From Polymyxa betae A26-41 (lineage: Eukaryota > Protista > Endomyxa: Phytomyxea): a stretch of DNA of 51,348 nucleotides. The position numbers and the translations under genes are program-made. The notes below the pieces were generated by a model that ran no database searches, was not told where the DNA came from, and saw only the letters and a list, made by a program, of their open reading frames with translations. The stretch is from positions 1 through 51,348 of the forward strand of contig RBZT01000997.1 in NCBI GenBank assembly GCA_003693705.1. The letters run 5' to 3'. Below are positions 43,321 to 51,348 of this stretch, piece after piece (within the stretch, counting starts at the first letter, position 1; every line of letters starts with the position of its first letter).

Positions 43321-43590
43321 GGAAGTCGAGTCACGTCTTACATCATTGGCAGTTTATTGGAAAAAAAGGGGGTTCTAGAAATCTTTGATTAAAACATGTG
43401 AGCTTGATAAATGCGTCTGGTTGGTTAGTTTCAGATTTTCTGCGCCAAAAGTTAATATACGGCAGCTCCGTGATCAACTGACAGGCTGGTCAGAGTCCCA
43501 GCATTACAGAATTGCCAATCGAAATAGTTTGACAACATCATCAATCACTCGTCTCAGTCTTTTGTCTGTATTACCAACATTCACCGAAAT

Positions 43591-44241
43591 ATGATAACTA
43601 TTTCGTTATTGGCAATGGCCCTTGTCGGAATCACTGAAGGAGGCTGGTCCTGTAAGATGGTTGGGCATTGTGCTGATGAATAAAGACTTGATTCTCTAAG
43701 ACGTATTTTTAGCTGGAACGCTCTTCTGTACAAGAACCGATTAGGCGCTCTCTGATTTCGGCCAACAAGCTTACAAAGGTTGACAAAGATTTTGAAGTTG
43801 ATCCTGTAAAACTCAATAATGACCTGTATCAACATCTTCGGTTTGAGAAATTAGGTGCTGACCAGCAAGTAAGTGTAGTTAATCTAATTCATTATCGTGC
43901 TAAATTAGATGTTTCATAGAGCGATAACGAGATTGAGAGTGTATTGTCTGCTTCGGAAACCGTAACTCAAATGAACCGTGTCTGTTTCTCGCCTAAATCA
44001 GTTCATTCAGGTTCATATGGATCATCCGGAGGCGTATGTCTCCAAAGATCAATATAAAGATATCATCAAAAAGGCTAAACGTCCTAACATTCTCAGTCGA
44101 ATATTTAAGGGTTCGAGGCAGGCTCCGACATCAATACCTTATACCAAATCAGAAGGTGTTCCGTTGCCCGGCTATAAACCTTTAGCCCCTGCCTCGCCGC
44201 AAGAAGAGCCCCCCTATAATCTCAAGGCTAAGACTGTTTAG
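43591..44241 (+). CDS. Small secreted protein (~165 aa, 4 exons), effector candidate
   Basis: Signal peptide MITISLLAMALVGITEG. Three phase-0 GT-AG introns (43660-43712, 43869-43919, 43962-44010) give an uninterrupted frame. Confidence 0.7.
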
Positions 44242-45433
44242 ACTCAAGCGAGTAAAGCATGACATACACACACGCATACACGAGAGTATCAATACAATAC
44301 ATAGAATGATGCGTTCGTCTGCAACAGATGTCTCAATACAAGCTGAAAGCCTGCGCATGTACACGAGTGGTGAGACATGTGACGCCTCTATCAGCTGACT
44401 CATGTATCGTTATCACTGATCCCTGTATATCATTGATTACATTGGCGTTTGTAGTTTCTGGTGAGGGTTAAGGTTCCAAATAAACTCCGAACATCCCCTC
44501 CTTCATGCTTGCATTGATTTCATCACCTGAATCTCAACATCGCTCTGTCAATATGACCATGATAATGTTCTTTCTAGCAATAGAGGGGTTTGTTTCGCCT
44601 CAAGCCTCGACCACGGTTACTCTGATTGCCTGATTCCTGTGCCATCAGTGCTGGTTTGTTTTAGCGCTTTGACCACATATACTTGTAGTATGTATGCAAA
44701 CTTGACATTGCATTATCCGATTGCTGCTGTCCGTTGAGCGTGAACAGTCTACCAGAGTCGTCAGTTCGATAATTGCCTTCGGCATCGGTTATGCTGACAT
44801 GTTTATAGAATGAGTGTAAGCCTTATATAGCATTGTGTAGAACCACTCAGCAATGTGGGAAATGTGGCAAAGATGTCAGTCCATTTATCTGTAGTCCTCA
44901 AAGAGCTGACTTACTCTTAGGATGAGTTGCCAACTTCACATTCTATCAGTTAGCCAAGCCTAAGCAGTGCAGCACAAGTGACAGACTTAATAACTGTTTT
45001 CGCATTCTATATGCTGACATCTCTATAGTATGAATGCAAGTCTTGCAATCCATCGCATTGCCCTCCTGATCGCTACATCGAAGATGTAAGTTTTAATTTT
45101 TGTTAGCATCATCCTGTAAACCGACCTCTTTTTAGCTTGATTGCAAACTTTTCGATCCATCGCGTGGCCAGTTTGATAGCGAAACTGGTAAATTGCATTC
45201 TCATCAGCGCAACTGCAGACCTAGCAATACATGCACTTCCAGGCCAAGGAATCTTTCTGCACTGAGGAAGAGCGCATATCAGTGAAAAAATCATGCTTGG
45301 TCGATTCGGTCGTTTACTATAACGAATCATGATAGCATTTATTGCCAACAGTACAGCTGTTTTATCGAATCTAACAAAACGAAATGTGACAGAAATTACT
45401 CATCACTAATGAACAGTTGTCTATACCATATAG

Positions 45434-46356
45434 TTATAACGCAGCAACTACACGTAATGAAGCATCCAGACGAATAACTTCTCCATTCAGATACTCATTT
45501 TCAATGATCGCGATACAGAGGTTCCCGAATTCTTCTGGTTTACCTAGCCGTTTGGGGAATGGGATTTGCTTAGCGACGAGTTCCTTTAGAGCAGACGGAA
45601 TTTCTGCTATCATCGGGGTCTGAAATGCTCCAGGGGCGATCGCAATGACTCTGATGCCAACTGAAGCCAATTCACGAGCTAAAGGAAGCACCATTCCAGC
45701 AACAGCTGCTTTTGATGCTGAATAGCTTGCTTGACCAACCTGACCGTCAAATGCAGCAACAGATGATACATTGATTATAACACCTCGTTCACCACATGAT
45801 GTCACTGCATTCCCTTTGGCGATTCTGGCGCATACGAGCCGAAGTACATTGAAAGTGCCGATTAGGTTGATGTCCACGATTTTGGAAAAGTCTTCGAGCG
45901 GAAGTATTCTTCGGGAAGAAAGAATCTATTGTAGAATCCATTGGTGAATTCCTTTTTGTTTTGCTTTGGAGCTGACCTTTTTAGGCATTGAAATCCCAGC
46001 ACAGTTAATCAGACAATGAATAGCACCAAACCTGGAAATCCCCTTGTCCAGAGCGTCGTCGACAGACGCTGTAAACCATTAGTTGCAACGACCGCGATGC
46101 ATTTTTAGTATTCGACCTGAATCGACAACGTTGGCTCGCGCGAAGATGAACTGTTAGCCAAGTTCTGATTGCAGCTGATCTATAAGATTGCAGTTTACGT
46201 CAATACCCTTCAATGCTCATTAAAATTTGGAAACTGCTCGATCCAAAGAAAGATTACGATGACGTTGCCGCCCGCTTTGACGACAGAAACGCAAGCGGCG
46301 CGGCCGAGGCCAGACGACTCCCCGGTCACAACAACGGTATGGCCCTTGATCTTCAT
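45434..46356 (-). pseudogene. HSD17B10: 3-hydroxyacyl-CoA dehydrogenase type 2-like SDR with one in-frame TAA (pseudogene, sequencing error or intronised segment)
   Basis: VVVTGESSGLG, INCAGI, INLIGTFNVLRL, ERGVIINVSSVAAFDGQVGQASYSASK and YLNGEVIRLD. TAA at 46154-46156. Confidence 0.7.
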
Positions 46357-47539
46357 TGCATATGAATAATGAGATTATAGCTCTATGTATACCGTATGTA
46401 TTTAGATCAAAACCCCAATACATAAATCATAAATGCACTCCCAGCTTCAATGTTTACTTATATGTTACCGCTTTGTTTACTGTATCACAAAGAGATGTTT
46501 ACCTTGAGTTCCTTTGTAGGAAAAATTGAATGATTAGGCGTGGGACTTAGATACTGAGTTGCCAATATGTTTCAATGATCGGGCTCGATTTCCTGTTATC
46601 TGGATTAGGACGGCGTGCCAAAACGGATTTCTGAAATTTCTGGGAAAATACCACAAGGTGAAATCACCTCTACCGGTAGTGACTGTATGACCATATCACA
46701 GCTATTTGGTATGCACATACGATGAAACGAATGTGTTTGCAATCTGCATCTGGTTATGTAAGCCTAAAAATCATAAACAATCGTTAGAAGGCTCATCACA
46801 TGTATGAAGCGTTAATAGACTCTACACAGAAAAAGGCTTTCACATTATCTGCAATTGACAGCATGCCACAATGCTGATCAAATACTGACATTGAGGTTAC
46901 AGCTCGAAGGTATTCGATAACTGATCGAATGTCAGATATGGAATTGACCAAGTCCAAGTCAAATGCGATTTCTGTGAAGACAGACAAATTCTTAGGCAAA
47001 TGTGATTAAACTATTTGAGGCATAATCAACAAACGCTATCATTAAATACAAGATTCCGATCTGCAGCCCTAACTATTTGCTTATCTTTATTATGGTGTAG
47101 ACACCGATAATATACATTTCTGTTAGCCGTATTGTATCATAGTCTTCTAAGTTCTACTCTCAGCATAAATCTATTTGTCATGGCGTCGCTGGTCACTTGG
47201 TCAGGCTACCAAATAAATAAACTTATACTGTACAAATAATAATATTCCAACTCCGCCACGGGGAATAACAGGAGATATTCTTGAAATTGCGCACAAATTT
47301 TCAACTTAACGTAAAATAGATGCAGTGAACTGTACAAAGGGGTTTTTTTTCTCCAACCTTCTAATTTCCATCGGAACCAATGTCTATCATCGGATTGAGT
47401 CATGGTTTGAAGCAGTTAGTTCCGACGGCTGTCATGGTTGGTTGGAGAACCTGTGAGCCAGAAGTTCAATCTAGAGATCTATACAAATAAGTTTGAGGCT
47501 GGGCTGTGGTCCAATCTTTAACCACCACCACCACCAGCA

Positions 47540-50500
47540 ATGCGCTCCAAACCTGATTCACAGCCGGCTGCTCTTAGTCCTATAAAGATGTCGCTCTATG
47601 ATACTGCCACTATTCTCTCCGATGAGTTCCTCTACGAATTCGAGAAGCATGCTGTTCGTGGCGTCGAGAAGACTGCCTGCCTGGAGAAGAACGTTCTGGG
47701 TCATGGAAGATGTCGTAAGGCATCGTATTCAGTTGAAGCTTCATCGAATTATCTTGTTTTTCGTGGACCAACTGTTAACGCCTTCAATCATACATTCATC
47801 CCTGAATCTGCCGAGCTTGTTGCCCATTATGAACCACAAGGAGTTGTCCCTGGAAAGTTTACTTGGGTGGCGTCCAGCTTAGAAGTTGGCCGTATTCGTC
47901 ACGAGTTAACTCTTCGTGAATTTCATAAGAAATCAGTGATGGTTCGACAGAAAGATGCATATCGGTTAATGATTGTAATGGCGGGTGCTCTGAAAGCTGA
48001 TGGCATGTACTTCCATCGTACTGATGGTAATAAGGTTGATGTCTATCTTATTCGTGATGAACGTCTACCTGAAATCAAGAAGTATCAGTCTGGCAACGTT
48101 CTGCAATTCACGGATCGGTCGTACCGGCAGCTGATCACAAAATTTGCAGTGAACCCGCGTCACGTCATGATTGAATATTTCGATACGGTGGACCAACTGC
48201 AGAAACAGAAATCATTGGATGATAGTGGCAACGTTATCGGTCTGAAAGTCATTGATAATCAAGGGGCCAGTATCGCTTATACTTTTGATCGAAATGGAGT
48301 TCTGATTGGCACTGTGTTTGATGGAATCGATCCATTAAATGATGATGCTGATGATGATATCGATTATGACACGAATTATGATTCTGATGATGGTGATGTT
48401 GAGAGTGTTTGGAGTATTGATCTGGCTGCTGAAAACACTCCTGATCATATTGAAGATGTAATTGAGCCAGCTGCTGCACCATCGCCGGTAGCTCTACCAT
48501 CACAACCTCCAAAAGATTCTACTCGTGATCTCTCTCTAAGACCGGAATCTTCAGTTCAAGAGGAGATTGTTGCTGCCAGAGCTCTCATTCCTCCATTTGA
48601 TTCTCATCTGGATCCAATTGTGAAAGCGAAAGTCGTACCGACTGCCAAAGACCTTCGGCAGAAAGCCATCTTACCTCCCACGCTTAATTCCAGTTTTTCT
48701 TCCACTCAACAACCAACAGTAATGATAATGGAAACTCTCATCGATCTAATTGCTAATATGGTTTTAGATTGATATCGGAGATACCGAAGGTGGGTACGAA
48801 GTCGGTCATGACGATGAATCAGACCAACGTCGTTATTCAGACGATGCAGGTCTGTGCAGTGTTGAACTCACAAACTTCTACCGAATAATCAGTGTGCAGG
48901 GCCCCCTAATAGAGATGATAATCAAGATCAGAATGATGCCGGAATAATCAAAACATTGAAGAATATGTGGCCCTTCTTAAAAGCCAAAGCCAAACCGGTA
49001 ACTTTATAAACATATTCACTGCAAATTGTTTTAGCTTTGATTCCGACTTTCGTTTCTTTGGTATTTTTCTCATTAAAAACTAGGTTATGCCTGATAGCCG
49101 CGTTCCAGAACAACAAGATGCAGAACTAGATATTGCTCCAGGTAATTCTACAGGTAATAATCACAAACTTTCGCTTGTGTATTATCAATAACTCAGCTGA
49201 TGTTGTATTAGATGATTTTCACGATTCACTCAATCCAACTGACGACGTTTCCCATAGAAATCCCATCTTCTCAAACGGTTGCAAATGTGTTTTTTAATTG
49301 TCAGCAATCTAATTCTTCTGTATGCAGATAAAGTGAAGCCCATCCCAGTTCGTCAAAATTCTAGAACCAACATCGGTAACGATGGGAAGTCGAATATTGG
49401 ATCCAATTTACCACCGACCACACCTTGTATGAATCAACAGATGCCATTTATCGAGTACTAAATCTTGCATTCAGCTCGTTCTAGTCCAGGACAAGATCGC
49501 AAGCTCGATAAGCACATATCAGATGCTAGCTCTCGGAATGCTCCTGTACGACCTGAGGATGCTGGAAGACGGCAGGGTCGGTTCGGGCCGCACGATGCTG
49601 CTGATATGGTCGAACCGTTAGCTCCATCAAGTAAGAAATTCGTTATTGTGGGTGATGTTTAGGATTAATTTGATGTTACCAGATTCATCACCCGAGGATT
49701 TTGTTCTCAACCATAATCGCACGAGACCAGACAGGACTGAGCCCATCGCATCACACCAACCTAAATCATCACCAAAAGACGCCCGAGCGCGTCCTGCAGC
49801 TCCTGTGGGTCCAGAACCTCAACGTCGTCGTCAGCCACAAATTCGCGATACTGATCGTTCTAATGCACGGCCTGAGCTTCAACATGATGACACTCGTCCA
49901 GAGCATGCCCATACAGCGGTCAATCCGTCGCAGTGGCAGTCCAAACCTCGTAATATTTCTAATCCAACGAGCTCATCTGGTAATCAATCTAGAACTTTTT
50001 TTAATATGCTCATTTGTTGGTGATAGATAATGTCGATCAAACTCGATGGCCGAGCATCAACTCTAACTCAGGGGCAAGCACTCCTGAGTGGGATTATCCA
50101 AAGTCCAGCCAGCTGCCATCTACTATCGCTGACATCGACCAGCAAGACCTTAATCCTGACTGTACTCAATGGCTGAGCGTCAATTCCGATTTTAAATCTG
50201 CTACTCCAGGCTGGGACTATCCGAGATCTGCTCCCAGAACAACAACAGATTTGAATGATGCTCATCGTTCCAGTATGCCTGAGATCCATCAAGGAAGTCC
50301 CGAATCTCAACGTTCGCGCTGGCCTAGCGTTGGTTCTGCATCAGGCGATGGAGCCCTGGGCTGGGACTATCCAAGATCATTAACAGATTCTGATTCGCAG
50401 CGACATCCAAGCCTTTCCAAGATCGATGAGCGCCGTCCATCGCATTTCGATTCAGATCAGCCTGATCTGTCAGAATCAGGTGACGCCCAGTTGCGCCAGC

Positions 50501-51348
50501 AACGCCATCCAGAACACAATGCTAGCTGGCCTGCCTCTAACACTCCTGATCGCTTCCCTTCCTCGTCCAAGGCTCCAGTAGTAACCGCTGGGAAATCTCT
50601 ACGTAACCGTACTGGACCTGGTCGAATGGACCCGGCAGCTCCTGTGCCCTCGTTGGCGCCTCGTGGCTTGCATCCGGTTTCAGTCAGAGAGGAGCCAGAT
50701 CGCCCTTTGAAAGACCAAAAGGCATCGGCCGAATCTGATGGGAATCTGACCAATCATCGGTTAAATCCATCTTCGATAGGCCCCGATTACGATGCTCCGC
50801 ATTCTGATGGCAATATTGGCGATTCCAATGATGCAAAATCGCGTCCGTTTGCCGAGTCGACTGGTCGTCATCCGAAAAGCGATTCTGATTCACCTGTTGA
50901 TGAAAGTGGTTTCTCTGATTCCAAACCGACTCCATTAACATTCTGGAACCGCTTGTTCGGTTCCAAGAAACAGCCGTCGGATGCTCGGACGAATCGCTCT
51001 GAGGACAATGTCAAGCAGCCTGTACACGATCCTGCTCGAACGCAACCTGATGCGGGTTTACTCACCCGCCCTCCTTCAAATAAGACGACACACGTCCCAG
51101 ATGGTAATGATGTCAACCAGCCGGCATATCAAAGCGATGCATCTCCAAGGATGTCTCGGAAAGGCAATATCGATCGATCCGAGACAATGCCGGCAGATGA
51201 AACTGCCAGATTTGGCAGCATTCATTCTGACAATGGCCGAAACATGAGACCGAACACATTTGCTCAAGATCCCTCTCGCGCTCGTGATCATCCGGAAGAT
51301 GGCCCAAACATGAGACCGGACACATTTGCTCAAGTTCCCTCTCGAGCT
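47540..51348 (+). CDS. Large hypothetical protein with a globular N-terminal region and a Pro/Ser/Asp/Arg-rich disordered tail; multi-exon, 3' truncated
   Basis: A 410-codon ORF, then plus-strand exons bounded by GT..AG introns, and a long open frame running to the window end. Confidence 0.6.
51233..51346 (+). repeat. 66-bp-period tandem repeat, probably continuing beyond the window
   Basis: atggcc(g/c)aaacatgagaccg(a/g)acacatttgctcaag(a/t)tccctctcg at 51233 and 51299. Confidence 0.8.

Noticed and set aside
46154-46156. TAA reassigned to Gln (alternative genetic code)
   Set aside because: TAA and TAG terminate HEATR5, ferredoxin, PPME1, WDR35 and TRAPPC2 at expected positions, and no other conserved gene showed in-frame stops.

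Overview
Compact eukaryotic genomic DNA with no prokaryotic features and many ~50-nt GT-AG spliceosomal introns. The ciliary genes WDR35/IFT121 and B9D1 indicate a flagellated organism. Intron size, gene density and CCCTAAAA-like repeats would fit a protist such as a plasmodiophorid, but this is inference only. From ~2.4-34.4 kb there is a dense housekeeping block: HEATR5, a PHD-finger protein, WDR35, an atypical mitochondrial ferredoxin, a mucin-like secreted protein, B9D1, HSF, PPME1, a GH47 mannosidase, myosin, a PDRG1-like prefoldin, a two-RRM protein and TRAPPC2. From ~34.4-45.4 kb there is a gene-sparse island carrying two unrecognised secreted-protein families in X-Y-Y-X order, mixed with PIF/Harbinger debris and a telomere-like tract. 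Family X is a small secreted protein plus a decayed paralog. Family Y is two Cys-rich, Ser/His/Arg-block proteins, one with 17-aa Lys/Tyr tandem repeats. Next come an HSD17B10-like gene with an in-frame TAA and a large low-complexity protein that runs off the window. The window starts in an intron-containing pogo-type transposase. All exon boundaries were read by eye and multi-exon genes are given as start-to-stop spans.
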